This document shows, piece after piece, positions 1-9,917 of a stretch of DNA of 64,000 nt. The notes under the pieces are model-generated. The model had not been told where the DNA came from. It ran no database searches and saw only the letters and a program-made list of their open reading frames with translations. A program made the translations under genes and the position numbers. Every line of letters begins with the position of its first letter. The stretch's first letter is position 1. Origin of the DNA: Bacillota bacterium (lineage in GTDB: Bacteria; Bacillota; Clostridia; Christensenellales; CAMQZB01); NCBI GenBank assembly GCA_044426085.1, contig JAWXUU010000005.1, forward strand, positions 40,598 through 104,597, in the 5' to 3' direction.

Positions 1-1
1 T

Positions 2-496
2 TTGAAATCGCCAGCACTCGTGACAGTTGCAAAAGAGGCAAGCCAAACGGATAAAATCACAGTGGAAAATCTCGTGAAGATGTGGAATAGATTGTGGTCA
101 CGTTCAAGGGGCAATGCGGTTTGGTATATCAACCAAGAACTTGAACCATACCTATACACTTTGACTGTTGGGGATAAGCCAGTGTATATTCCAGCGGGCG
201 GACTTTCTGAAAAGCCATACGGCACGCTCTTTGGCAGACCAGTTGTTCCAATCGAGCAATGCGAGGCAGCAGGGGAACTCGGTGATATCATTCTTGCCGA
301 CGTTGGTCAGTACTTGCTTATCGATAAAGGTGGCATTTCCCAATCAAGTTCAATCCACGTGAGATTCCTATATGATGAAAATGTGTTCAGGTTCATCTAT
401 CGAGTTGACGGTCAACCAATTTGGAACAAACCACTAACACCATATAAAGGCAGTGCGACGGTATCGCCGTTCGTTACACTAGCAAAACGTAACTAA
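2..496 (+). CDS. Major capsid protein, HK97-fold family (C-terminal part; 5' end outside window)
   Basis: The frame is open from the window edge. The C-terminal pattern GRPVVPIEQC...VRFLYDENVFRFIYRVDGQP...SPFVTL is typical of HK97-type capsids. It sits directly upstream of the connector genes. Confidence 0.8.
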   Translation: MKSPALVTVAKEASQTDKITVENLVKMWNRLWSRSRGNAVWYINQELEPYLYTLTVGDKPVYIPAGGLSEKPYGTLFGRPVVPIEQCEAAGELGDIILADVGQYLLIDKGGISQSSSIHVRFLYDENVFRFIYRVDGQPIWNKPLTPYKGSATVSPFVTLAKRN

Positions 497-517
497 GCGT
501 AAAGGAGAAAACAAAAC

Positions 518-952
518 ATGACAAATAATATCGTAACTAAATATGAAGTATTGAAAGAAGCCGGTGCTATTTTTGCATCGGCTATCACTACACCATTTGT
601 TGAACTTGATAACTACAAATATGTGGATTTCGTGGTTCAATCTGGTGAGGGAACAGAGGCGGAAACGACTGTGACAATGGTCGGCAAAACCGCCGAAGAT
701 GGCGAAGAAGTGGCAATCCCATTCAGAGAAAAGATTGGTGCATGTGAGTATGCAAATATTGCAGAAACTGGCAAAGCCATTTCAATCGGTGGCGAAGAGG
801 GTGCGTGTGGCTATGCTGTTTTCAGAGTATCAACTGACCACCTTGCTAAAGATGAACTAAACATGGTGGCACTCAAAACCACAGCTGTTGCAAGTTCGGA
901 AGTTGCAGGTGGTATTCTTGCAGTGTGCTACGAGCCAAGATATAGCGAATAA
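518..952 (+). CDS. Hypothetical head-associated protein (position of a decoration protein)
   Basis: AGGAG RBS upstream of the ATG. The ORF lies between the capsid and connector genes. No motif recognised. Confidence 0.45.
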   Translation: MTNNIVTKYEVLKEAGAIFASAITTPFVELDNYKYVDFVVQSGEGTEAETTVTMVGKTAEDGEEVAIPFREKIGACEYANIAETGKAISIGGEEGACGYAVFRVSTDHLAKDELNMVALKTTAVASSEVAGGILAVCYEPRYSE

Positions 953-966
953 AAGGGGGTGATGTG

Positions 967-1251
967 ATGGTTGAACTAAGAGCCGTCAAGGAATATTTGA
1001 GAGTTGATGGCGATGAAGAGGACAACTTCATCACATCACTTATCATAACTGCGCAAGGACTTGTGGAAGGTGTTGTGCGTGCGAAGTTTGAAGATTTTGA
1101 AGAAGAGCCAGAGGTTATGAACCAAGCAGTGATGTTTGCTGTTGCGACCATGTTTGAAAACAGACAAGGCGGAAAGGACGGCTTGAATATGGCAGAAATG
1201 CTAGATATCATTCGCAGAATGACTTTTGCAGTGAGGTGTGAGGCATGGTAA
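967..1251 (+). CDS. Head-tail connector (gp6-like) protein
   Basis: GGGGG RBS 7 nt upstream of ATG 967. The N-terminal pattern LRVDGDEEDNFITSLIITAQ is typical of phage head-tail connector proteins. Confidence 0.7.
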   Translation: MVELRAVKEYLRVDGDEEDNFITSLIITAQGLVEGVVRAKFEDFEEEPEVMNQAVMFAVATMFENRQGGKDGLNMAEMLDIIRRMTFAVRCEAW

Positions 1252-1580
1252 TAAAAATTGGTGACCTCAACCGAAGAATAGAAGTTTTATCCCAACAATA
1301 CGGCAAAGATAGCTTTGGCGGAGCAGTGGGCAAATGGATAACAGTTGGGCGTGTTTGGGCGAAAATTCAGCCGTACCAAGCAAGTGAAACGATTGATGAC
1401 AACCAAGTGAAAACAAAGCAAATGGCAAACATCACAATGCGGTTTTATGCAGGGCTGACTTCAAAAAACAGGATAAAATATAAAGAGAAAATATATAATA
1501 TCCAATCGGTTAGTGATGTGGAAACATCTCACAGATGGACTGTCGCAGTTGTGGAGGAAATTGAAAGTGGGAAATTATAG
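1245..1580 (+). CDS. Head closure / head-tail adaptor protein (SPP1 gp16-like)
   Basis: Overlaps the upstream gene by 7 nt. Size (~110 aa) and the pattern VWAKIQP...ITMR fit phage head closure proteins. Confidence 0.65.
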   Translation: MVIKIGDLNRRIEVLSQQYGKDSFGGAVGKWITVGRVWAKIQPYQASETIDDNQVKTKQMANITMRFYAGLTSKNRIKYKEKIYNIQSVSDVETSHRWTVAVVEEIESGKL

Positions 1581-1971
1581 CGCAAAGCAAAATAAACAAA
1601 CAGTTCAAGTTGAGGGGGCAGATGAAATAATGGCTGCACTCGAATCAATGGGTGATGCTGCAAGCAAAGTTTTGCTAACTGCTGTCATGAAAGGTGGCGA
1701 GATTGCACTTGCTGATGCAAAGCGAAATTGTCCCGTGGACACGGGTGCATTCAAAGCAGCACTGAAAGTGGCAGAAAAGAAATCTTCAAACACAGTTGCT
1801 GTTGCAACAGTGGACTATGACTCTTCGATAAGCTATGGTGTTTCGGTGGAACTGGGTGCAAGGGGCAGACAGCCAAACCCATTCATGCGCAACGCAATCG
1901 ATGATAACATCGATGAAATAAACAGCGTGGTATCTGAAGAAATTGCTGATGCAATAGAAAAGGAGTGGTGA
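1567..1971 (+). CDS. HK97 gp10-family neck/tail morphogenesis protein
   Basis: GTG 1567 lies 9 nt after GGAGG and overlaps the previous stop. The motif NCPVDTGAFKAAL is typical of the family. Confidence 0.65.
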   Translation: MGNYSAKQNKQTVQVEGADEIMAALESMGDAASKVLLTAVMKGGEIALADAKRNCPVDTGAFKAALKVAEKKSSNTVAVATVDYDSSISYGVSVELGARGRQPNPFMRNAIDDNIDEINSVVSEEIADAIEKEW

Positions 1972-2360
1972 TGAAAGATTTTTTTGAGGGATTGTATTCA
2001 TATTTGCGAAACCACCCAAACCTAAAAGGTGTGTTCGGTGAAAGAATATACCCAGCAGTTGCCGCTCAAAATGTAAGCTATCCCATTATTGTTTATAACA
2101 GTATTGGGGTGTCATATGATAAGAACTTGCAAAAGGAAAGTGGCTTCGTGAGGCTCACAGTGCAGTTCTCTGTCGTGGATAATTCATTTGCAGGTGCAAG
2201 AATAAATTGCAAACGGCTCAGAAAAGCACTGAAAGATTTCCACGGAGATATGTCAGGTGTGTTTATTGAAGCCGTTCACACAGTTTCAGATGAAATTGAA
2301 ATCAACGAAGAAAATGAATACATGGCAATTCTAGAAATGGAATTTATGTATAAAGAATAG
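1971..2360 (+). CDS. Tail completion protein (DUF3168-like)
   Basis: ATG 1971 overlaps the upstream TGA (ATGA) and AGGAG lies 5 nt upstream. Position and size fit. Confidence 0.55.
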   Translation: MKDFFEGLYSYLRNHPNLKGVFGERIYPAVAAQNVSYPIIVYNSIGVSYDKNLQKESGFVRLTVQFSVVDNSFAGARINCKRLRKALKDFHGDMSGVFIEAVHTVSDEIEINEENEYMAILEMEFMYKE

Positions 2361-2370
2361 GAGGAAACAA

Positions 2371-2775
2371 ATGGCAATAGCAGGTAAAAATGGCAAATTG
2401 CAGATTGGAGATAGCACTCCAATCACAGTTGTTGGTATCAAGAATTGGTCACTAGATCTATCACTTGACACGCTTGATACGACAACACTTGGAAAAGATT
2501 GGAAAGAATATATAACAGGCTTAAAGGAATGGTCGGCATCAGCTGACGGTGACTTTAACATTCACACGGATACTACTGGTCAAGAGGCATTGCAAAAAGC
2601 ATTTCTTGAGGGAACAACTGTCAAGGTATATTTGTATGTTGACGGAGTGCATGCATATGTCGGTGATGCGTATGTTTCGAGTTTATCGATTGAAGATCCA
2701 GTCGATGATATCGTGAGTGTTTCGATTGACTTCACAGGAAGTGGAGAAATAACGTTTGGGGGAGATAGCGAATAA
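2371..2775 (+). CDS. Major tail (tube) protein
   Basis: 134 aa, immediately upstream of the chaperone pair and the tape measure gene. The N-terminal pattern AGKNGKLQIGD...WSLDLSLDTLDTTTLG is typical of TP901-1/phi13-type major tail proteins. Confidence 0.75.
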   Translation: MAIAGKNGKLQIGDSTPITVVGIKNWSLDLSLDTLDTTTLGKDWKEYITGLKEWSASADGDFNIHTDTTGQEALQKAFLEGTTVKVYLYVDGVHAYVGDAYVSSLSIEDPVDDIVSVSIDFTGSGEITFGGDSE

Positions 2776-3080
2776 TGAAAAAAGGTGTAAGCATACAGCT
2801 TGATAAAATAAGAATGTTGAGATACGGCATAAATGCACTTGTGATCGTGGAAGAACTGACAGGAAGAGCAATCACAAAACTTGATTTGAAAAACATTTCA
2901 ATCAAGGATTTGAGAACGATTGTCTATGCGGGTTTGTCGCATGAAGATAAGGATTTGACACCAGAAAGTGTGGGTGAGATTATCGACACATATTCTGATA
3001 TAACCTACGTGGCAGAAAAAGTTGGCGAAGCGTTCTCGCTTGCATTTGGAAAAGGAGATAAAACCGCCCCAAAGAAGTAG
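2775..3080 (+). CDS. Tail assembly chaperone (G-like)
   Basis: ATGA overlap with the major tail gene. Canonical position before the tape measure gene. A slippery site lies near its 3' end. Confidence 0.75.
   Translation: MKKGVSIQLDKIRMLRYGINALVIVEELTGRAITKLDLKNISIKDLRTIVYAGLSHEDKDLTPESVGEIIDTYSDITYVAEKVGEAFSLAFGKGDKTAPKK
3068..3074 (+). promoter_or_regulatory. -1 programmed ribosomal frameshift heptamer C CCA AAG
   Basis: The heptamer follows the X XXY YYZ pattern in the zero frame of 2775-3080, 4 nt before its stop codon. The -1 frame is open from 3062 through 3382. Confidence 0.75.
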
Positions 3081-3382
3081 ACTTCTCTCTGCAAGATTTT
3101 GTGGAGTCGGTGCTTGGAAGTTTGGATATCAATGTGTTTGAAGTCTACGACATGACGCCAAAAGAATTGCTTCTAAAATCAAAGCAGTTGCAAGCAATGG
3201 GGAGAGAGCAACTAAAACAAGACATTTCAGTCGCATACTTTGCAGAAAGATTTACAAGAAGCAAAAAACTTCCAAAGCTAGACAAAATCTTGAAAGGCGT
3301 GGATAAACCCACGGCGAAAACAACCAGCGTTGGTGACATGGTTCTAAAAGCAATGGCAAAGGAAAAGGGGGTGGAAATCTAG
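3074..3382 (+). CDS. T-like extension of the tail chaperone (made as a G-T fusion by -1 frameshift)
   Basis: This ORF is in the -1 frame relative to 2775-3080 and ends 1 nt before the tape measure start. No convincing RBS precedes the GTG 3101 given in the ORF track. Confidence 0.65.
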   Translation, partial: EVDFSLQDFVESVLGSLDINVFEVYDMTPKELLLKSKQLQAMGREQLKQDISVAYFAERFTRSKKLPKLDKILKGVDKPTAKTTSVGDMVLKAMAKEKGVEI

Positions 3383-5458
3383 TTGGCAGTAATAAGAAAT
3401 CTAGTTGTTAAGATAACGGCGGATATTGCGGATTTGAACGAGGCACTCACTTCGGCACAAACGGCGCTAACGAAAGCATCGGCGGAGTTTGGCAGAATTG
3501 GTAGCACGCTGACAACTTCAATAACAGTTCCACTTCTAGCAATTGGAACGGCGGCAGTCAGCGTTGCGGCAAGTTTTGAGCAGTCAATGGCAAATGCGGC
3601 ATCAGTTTCAGGTGCAACGGGTGATGAACTCGAAGCAATGACAGAGCTTGCTCGTGAGATGGGAACTACGACAGTGTTTTCTGCAAGCGAGGCGGCAGAT
3701 GCAATGTATTATATGGCATCGGCAGGATATAAAGCAGAGCAAATGGCGGAATCGCTAGAGCCTGTACTTGACCTTGCTGCGGCAACTCAAGCGGAACTTT
3801 CGTTTACAACCGACACAGTGATATCAACACTGAATCAGTTCGGACTTGAAGCAAGTGATGCATCGAGAGTGACAAACACGTTCGCTGCGGTTATTGGTAA
3901 TTCACAAGCCACAATAGATAAGCTATCCGATTCAATGACGTATGTTGCACCAGTTGCAAATGCACTTGGATATTCAATCGAAGAAACAACTGCGGCACTT
4001 GGTATTATGTATAATGCAGGTTATGAAGGCAGTCAAGCAGGAACAGTTTTGAGATCAGCTTTATCAAAACTTCTTGACCCAACAACTGACATGACAAACA
4101 CTCTTGCGGAAATGGGTTTGACATATGACGATGTGAACCCTGAAACAAATGCCTTTGCAGATATCATTGCAAATCTTGAGGGCGCAAGCATGACAGCAGC
4201 GCAGGCTGTTGCAATATTTGGAACAGAGGCAGGGCCTGGTATGCTTGCAGTTATATCGCAAGGCAGTGAAGCACTTCTTGAAATGGAAGCAAACATAACA
4301 GATACAACTGCGGCAAGCACAATGGCAGCAGTGCAACTTGATACGTTCGAGGGGTCACTCAAACTTTTGCAATCACAGCTTGAAGAAGTCGCAATCAGTA
4401 TTGGTGATGTTTTGATACCAAAGATAACCGCACTAATAGAAAAATACGTGACACCACTCATAGAAAAATTCAATAGTCTATCCGAAGAAAGTATAGAATC
4501 AGCCGTTCAAATAGGACTTATTGCAGCCGCAATCGGTCCTTTATTTTTGGCAATTTCCAAGGTTCTCAAGCTGATGGCAACATTCATTCAGATTGCAAAG
4601 CTGGCATTTTCACCGCTAACGATAAAAATAGCGTTGATAGTGGCGGCAGTTGTTTTGCTTGTGAGCGTGTTCAAAAACCTATATGCGACAAACGACGAAT
4701 TCAAAGAGAGTGTGGATAGTTTGCTATCTTCACTTGAGCCTATACTTGAACAGTTACAAGTGCTTGGCACGCTTGTTATGGCCACAGTGGCTAAGCTGTT
4801 TGAGATGATCTATCCACTACTTGTGAAGATTGGGGAGTTTCTTCTTATATATATTGTGAACAACATGCAAGCAATGATGCCAGTTATTGAAGTTCTGCTG
4901 TCAGCGTTTATAAGCCTTTTCAGTGGAATTATAAAACTGCTTGATGGTGACTTTAAGGGAGCGTTTGAAGATTTCAAAGACTTCTTCTCTTCTTTGTGGG
5001 AGGGGATTTGGATGTATTTGAAAGTTGTTATCAACAATATGATATCACTCGTGAATGGATTTTTGAGTTTGGTTGGTATAGGAATAAACTACCTTATTGG
5101 CAGTTTGAACAGCTTGCAGATTGATATCCCAGACTGGGTTCCGGGGATTGGTGGTGGCACATTTGGACTTAGTATTCCAGAAGTGACAATGCCACAAATA
5201 CCAATGCTTGCAAGCGGTGGTGTGATACCAGCAAACAGCGAGTTTCTTGCAATCCTCGGTGACCAAAAGAGCGGAACAAACATCGAAGCTCCACTAGACA
5301 CAATGGTATCAGCTTTCAAAACAGCTGCAAGCGAAATGCAATCAGGCACGTCGCAGGGCGATATAAGAATCACATTCGATGGAACTTTGGCAGCACTGAT
5401 AAAATTGCTTGCACCAAAGATAACGCAAGAGCAGAGAAAAATGGGTGTGCTGAAATAG
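3383..5458 (+). CDS. Tail tape measure protein
   Basis: 691 aa, alpha-helical and Ala-rich at the N-terminus, with a hydrophobic central segment. Canonical position after the G/GT pair. Confidence 0.85.
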   Translation: MAVIRNLVVKITADIADLNEALTSAQTALTKASAEFGRIGSTLTTSITVPLLAIGTAAVSVAASFEQSMANAASVSGATGDELEAMTELAREMGTTTVFSASEAADAMYYMASAGYKAEQMAESLEPVLDLAAATQAELSFTTDTVISTLNQFGLEASDASRVTNTFAAVIGNSQATIDKLSDSMTYVAPVANALGYSIEETTAALGIMYNAGYEGSQAGTVLRSALSKLLDPTTDMTNTLAEMGLTYDDVNPETNAFADIIANLEGASMTAAQAVAIFGTEAGPGMLAVISQGSEALLEMEANITDTTAASTMAAVQLDTFEGSLKLLQSQLEEVAISIGDVLIPKITALIEKYVTPLIEKFNSLSEESIESAVQIGLIAAAIGPLFLAISKVLKLMATFIQIAKLAFSPLTIKIALIVAAVVLLVSVFKNLYATNDEFKESVDSLLSSLEPILEQLQVLGTLVMATVAKLFEMIYPLLVKIGEFLLIYIVNNMQAMMPVIEVLLSAFISLFSGIIKLLDGDFKGAFEDFKDFFSSLWEGIWMYLKVVINNMISLVNGFLSLVGIGINYLIGSLNSLQIDIPDWVPGIGGGTFGLSIPEVTMPQIPMLASGGVIPANSEFLAILGDQKSGTNIEAPLDTMVSAFKTAASEMQSGTSQGDIRITFDGTLAALIKLLAPKITQEQRKMGVLK

Positions 5459-5474
5459 GCAAAGGAGATAAATA

Positions 5475-5921
5475 ATGGCAGATATAAAACCATTTGATTA
5501 TATAAAAATAAATGGCGAGGACGTTGAAGAAATGTATAGCAGTTATGTTTGCAAGAACAATCTGACATACGAAACCGACCCTATTATATATCCAGTTTCT
5601 TTTGCAAAGAACAGCGACCAAATCGACTTTGCGTATCGACCAAAGGTAGAATTCGTGTTTGCTAAAATCAACATTGAAAGTTACAGGTGGATGTTGTGGG
5701 AAGTCAATCAACCATTTTTCACAGTGGAGTATTACGATTATACTCTTGGTAAAAATGTTATAAGAGAGATGTGCATTGCAAGCGAAGAACTTGAATCACT
5801 TCAAGTTTATGCAGGAAACCTTGAGGGTATCATTGGTCTTACAATTTCTTTTGAAAGCAGATACGGATACGAAAGCAAAGAGGATTTGGAAAATGACAAT
5901 CCAATTATAGTGGGGATATAA
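5475..5921 (+). CDS. Phage tail component (position of the distal tail protein)
   Basis: First gene after the tape measure gene; AGGAG RBS. Confidence 0.5.
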   Translation: MADIKPFDYIKINGEDVEEMYSSYVCKNNLTYETDPIIYPVSFAKNSDQIDFAYRPKVEFVFAKINIESYRWMLWEVNQPFFTVEYYDYTLGKNVIREMCIASEELESLQVYAGNLEGIIGLTISFESRYGYESKEDLENDNPIIVGI

Positions 5922-5922
5922 A

Positions 5923-6954
5923 ATGGCAATAAGTGATATTAAAGTTGGGGTAAAATTCCTCGATGATGAAAATGGAGTGATAACGGAAATTTTATTGCCA
6001 CCCATAACAAACAATATAAGTGGGAGCGTAGAAAAGCTGAGCGAAATGACCAGCGGAGAAAATATTAAATTCTTCTGCGATTCATGGCGAGATAGCATAA
6101 AACTATATTCCAAAAATTCTGCAAACTTCATTATATTTGATGAATGTAGTGATGAAAACAGTAACTGCGATGTTGAAATAACAATCACGGGAGAAGCACT
6201 TCAGCATGTATCTTTGCAGTTTGATGGAGTGGTAAATGAATATGCAACAGAGATTGAGGTGAATGGGGTGAGCTATGTTAACGGCTCATTTATTTTTATC
6301 GCAAGCGGACTTGATGATGTGGGCATAGTTTCTATTGTTCTTAAAAAATGGAATAAACCAAATAGGCCAATAAGGCTAGTCAACTTGACTGTTGGGCTAG
6401 ACCTAGAGTTCAGACATCTTTCAAGTTATGAATTCACAATGAGTGGCAACGAGATCGTGGAAACATTGAACTACGGCATTGCTGTAAACGAGGGAGAAAT
6501 CACTTTGCAAGATACAAACAATATCTTGATGGGGCTATACGTGAGCGAGATTTTCACAAACGATTTACCAATCAACCTATATTTCAATAACAGAAAGCAA
6601 GGTGTGTTTTATTCAAGCAACGTAGATTATGTGCTAGAAAATAAAGAACTGACTTTTGAGCTGACATCGCAACTTGAAAACTTTCTTGATGAAAACGTGG
6701 TTGCATATGAACTGCCGTTATCTGCAGGAAGTGCAGAAACAAAAACGGCACTCACACTGCTTGAAGAGATAATGGCTGGGGTAAGTTATGTGATGGACAG
6801 CGAAACGCAAGGGGAGTTTACAAACAGAACGTATACGTTCCCACTTGCATCAACAACTACAAAATACGATATGCTCAATTCACTTCTGAAAACTTGCCTA
6901 TCGGTTATGTATGAAAATAAAAATGGGGAGATAGTGATTAAATATGTTGGATGA
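5923..6954 (+). CDS. Phage tail-tip/baseplate protein
   Basis: Tightly packed after 5475-5921. Call is by position only. Confidence 0.45.
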   Translation: MAISDIKVGVKFLDDENGVITEILLPPITNNISGSVEKLSEMTSGENIKFFCDSWRDSIKLYSKNSANFIIFDECSDENSNCDVEITITGEALQHVSLQFDGVVNEYATEIEVNGVSYVNGSFIFIASGLDDVGIVSIVLKKWNKPNRPIRLVNLTVGLDLEFRHLSSYEFTMSGNEIVETLNYGIAVNEGEITLQDTNNILMGLYVSEIFTNDLPINLYFNNRKQGVFYSSNVDYVLENKELTFELTSQLENFLDENVVAYELPLSAGSAETKTALTLLEEIMAGVSYVMDSETQGEFTNRTYTFPLASTTTKYDMLNSLLKTCLSVMYENKNGEIVIKYVG

Positions 6955-9184
6955 TGATGTGGCAGTAGTTGATGGATATTATTCCATCAGCACAAACTTA
7001 CTGCCAAAAAACACAATAAAGAAAGTGGACATAGTGCAAAACAACGTGTATTCGCAATCCGACACCACGGAAGCTGAGGGAAGCATTACTCCGAGTGATT
7101 GGTCGCAAACCGATGACTCTACAAACAGTTCGCTACTAACAAGCATGGGATTTGCAAGTGTGGAATTTCAAGACAAGGTGGAAGATGAGATGAACTACTA
7201 TCCACAGCCAAACAGTTCGTATGGAAATATTTCAATGCGAAAGGACTCTACGTCATTTTCGCTTGGCAATCTCAATTCGGGGGAATATACAAAAACCGAT
7301 ATGCTCAAAATTGGAGATGTCACATATTTTCTTGCGGGAAACAAAACCTATCCGTATTTTGATTTCAGAACAATCCAAGATGACGTTGTCACAAAGATTG
7401 ATGTTTCAAGCGTTGCGGGAAATATCAATTCCAAGGTTTGGGCGGTTGCACTTTCCAACGTGGATAGCAAAATATATATTGCGCTTGCAACGGAAAGCAG
7501 TCCATACCTAGTTTTGCTAAGCTATGAAAACGGCACGTTTGGGGTGGTAACGCAAACGTGGAGCAGTGGATTGACTAGAAGAATGACAGACGTAAAAATG
7601 AAAGGAACTCAAGGCATTGCATGTCTTGAAAGCACAAGTTCATCAAAGAACTTTATTGTGTTCAGTGTGACTGGCAATTCTTATGAATATAAGGATAGCA
7701 ACATCAGTGGCTACTATCCAATGTGCGTTGGTTTCTTGCCATATGATAACAGCTATGGCGTTATGGGTGGTTGTAGCACGCTTGACCAATATGCAGGCTC
7801 GGCAACCTATCAAACAGATGAGCCGTATCGGTTTTATTATAACGGAAGCTATCACAATATTTTCTCTTCGTCATATGATGATGGAACATACACGGCGTTT
7901 GACAGTGCAAGCTACACAATAAATGGCAAAACATACCATGCACTAATAGTTATCTATGGCAGTGCAATAAGGGTTTTTTGTTTGGACGGTAGCAGTACGG
8001 CGGATTATTGTTATTCGCTAACGCTGACAAATCTTGAAGATGACGATATAGATTTTGATATCACCAGTGGTTTTGAAAAGCTGAAGATAATAGATTATTC
8101 AATTTCAACAGAGAACTACACGGATATGAAATATAGAGCATATTTTTCTGTGCTAATTTCAGGGCGAAGCTATCACTCGACATTTGCACAATACTACAAA
8201 GACAGCAATGCATTCAGGTTTTCTATTGGATTTTCCACAGAGCCGTTTGGAAGCATATTCTACACAGCTTGCAAGCAGTGGGATTTATGGAGAAATTATA
8301 ATCAAAACTTTCATAATATATCTAGCACTGAGGATTATTGTGTTTATACCAATGCAAACTGCACGGCATCTGGTGGAGATTTTTCTAGTACAACTATATC
8401 TAGGATACAGATTGACGAAGAACAAACGGCAACATTAACCTATACTATGACAAATAAGTTCGCAGACCCTACGGCGGAAAACTTCAAAGTGGTGTTCAAA
8501 AACTTTTTGTGGTGGTCGAATATATCATATATAACGACAGGGCAAGTGAGTGTTTCAAGTCCGATTGGTGGATTTGAAGAAGTTGATGGTGTGAACTTTA
8601 ACCAAAACTATATTGATGTATCGGTGTTAATTTCATCGAGTGAAGTGAAACTGACTTTTCCAAATATGCTTATATACAGTACTGGTCAAATACTTTATAG
8701 CGGTGTAGATGCTGATGGTCTTGCGAGCAAAGATTATTTCAGCGGACTAAAATCGTTCGAGTTTTCAGTTGTTTATGGTGGTCTTACATATGAAGAGGTG
8801 CAAGTGGTTTTGGGTGATGAGAGCAACAGCGTTCAAGTTTACCAAATATCTGGCAACGGCTTTTATGAAACAGCGAGCCTATACGGTGCAGAGAATCTAG
8901 CTGAGCATAACGGAAATATTGTGCTAGAGAAATGGAGCAAAGGCAAGCAGTATCTAGAAATAGAGATTCCAGTCAAGGACTACTACAATGAAAGCGGAGA
9001 TTTGCTAGTTGGTGAAAACACAGCAAAGCAAGAGTTTGCGCCGTATGACAAATTTATATTGCAAACGAGAAAAGGCTATTCATTTGTATACGCAGATGGC
9101 TCGCCGAAAGTTTTTGAAATAAAGCAAATGACTTTTAGAAAGAAGGGTTATAAGTCAATGATACTAAAATGTTTGGAGATTTGA
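6944..9184 (+). CDS. Large tail-tip / receptor-binding structural protein
   Basis: 746 aa, overlaps the upstream gene by 11 nt. Ser/Thr/Tyr/Asn-rich, beta-rich composition typical of host-recognition proteins. Confidence 0.5.
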   Translation: MLDDDVAVVDGYYSISTNLLPKNTIKKVDIVQNNVYSQSDTTEAEGSITPSDWSQTDDSTNSSLLTSMGFASVEFQDKVEDEMNYYPQPNSSYGNISMRKDSTSFSLGNLNSGEYTKTDMLKIGDVTYFLAGNKTYPYFDFRTIQDDVVTKIDVSSVAGNINSKVWAVALSNVDSKIYIALATESSPYLVLLSYENGTFGVVTQTWSSGLTRRMTDVKMKGTQGIACLESTSSSKNFIVFSVTGNSYEYKDSNISGYYPMCVGFLPYDNSYGVMGGCSTLDQYAGSATYQTDEPYRFYYNGSYHNIFSSSYDDGTYTAFDSASYTINGKTYHALIVIYGSAIRVFCLDGSSTADYCYSLTLTNLEDDDIDFDITSGFEKLKIIDYSISTENYTDMKYRAYFSVLISGRSYHSTFAQYYKDSNAFRFSIGFSTEPFGSIFYTACKQWDLWRNYNQNFHNISSTEDYCVYTNANCTASGGDFSSTTISRIQIDEEQTATLTYTMTNKFADPTAENFKVVFKNFLWWSNISYITTGQVSVSSPIGGFEEVDGVNFNQNYIDVSVLISSSEVKLTFPNMLIYSTGQILYSGVDADGLASKDYFSGLKSFEFSVVYGGLTYEEVQVVLGDESNSVQVYQISGNGFYETASLYGAENLAEHNGNIVLEKWSKGKQYLEIEIPVKDYYNESGDLLVGENTAKQEFAPYDKFILQTRKGYSFVYADGSPKVFEIKQMTFRKKGYKSMILKCLEI

Positions 9185-9217
9185 AAGCAACTTTCAAATA
9201 AATGATAGGAGATATAG

Positions 9218-9916
9218 ATGAGTGAGTGGATAAGTGAAAAATTAGCCACCGATGATATAAACAGTGGCAATCAGTTTGGCACAGCGAGTAACACATGGAC
9301 ACTTGAAGAAATCAATGCATTTATTTGTGGCATTTTATATGCGCAGCAAAACGCAGATGATGCAAAAGAGATAGCAAGTGGAGCAGGTGAAACTTCAGCT
9401 AGTGCAGAAAGCCTAGCAACGGCAGCTAAAGAACTTGCTGAATCAGCTGTGGCAACAGCTACATCAGCTAAAAGCAGTGCAGAAAGTGCGGTGACAAAGT
9501 CGGAAGAAGCAGTGACCAAAGCGGACAGTGCGATTGAAATAGCAGGCTCGGCAAACACAAAATCTACCTTGGCGGTAGAAACAGCGGAAAGTGCAAACGA
9601 GAAAGCTAGTGATGCACTAAGTAAGGTGGAAAACTTTTCAGCTGAAGCTGTGGAAAACGGCGGTGAAATATCTGCAGAAGTAGAAACGCTTGAAGATGGA
9701 AACTTGAAACTAGTGCTGTATAACGCAAAAGGTGATACTGGAGAAAAGGGGGATAAGGGTGATGGCTCTATCCCCATATATAATGAACTCGGCGAGAACA
9801 CCGATGGCGCAATAAACCAAAAGGTCGTGACCGAAAACATAAACCAGATAAATGAAACACTAGCAACTGCCATTCTTGAAACCGACCAAATAAACATAAG
9901 TGGTGGGGAGGCATGA
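9218..9916 (+). CDS. Tail fibre/baseplate protein with an Ala/Ser/Glu coiled-coil and a short collagen-like GXY stretch
   Basis: Repetitive SAESAV/TAESA heptad-like region followed by GDTGEKGDKGDG. Confidence 0.55.
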   Translation: MSEWISEKLATDDINSGNQFGTASNTWTLEEINAFICGILYAQQNADDAKEIASGAGETSASAESLATAAKELAESAVATATSAKSSAESAVTKSEEAVTKADSAIEIAGSANTKSTLAVETAESANEKASDALSKVENFSAEAVENGGEISAEVETLEDGNLKLVLYNAKGDTGEKGDKGDGSIPIYNELGENTDGAINQKVVTENINQINETLATAILETDQINISGGEA

Positions 9917-9917
9917 T

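Noticed and set aside
9271-9897. 208-aa antisense ORF opposite the coiled-coil tail protein
   Set aside because: This is a shadow ORF caused by the Ala/Ser/Glu codon bias of the sense gene. It has no RBS and runs against the direction of the whole late operon.
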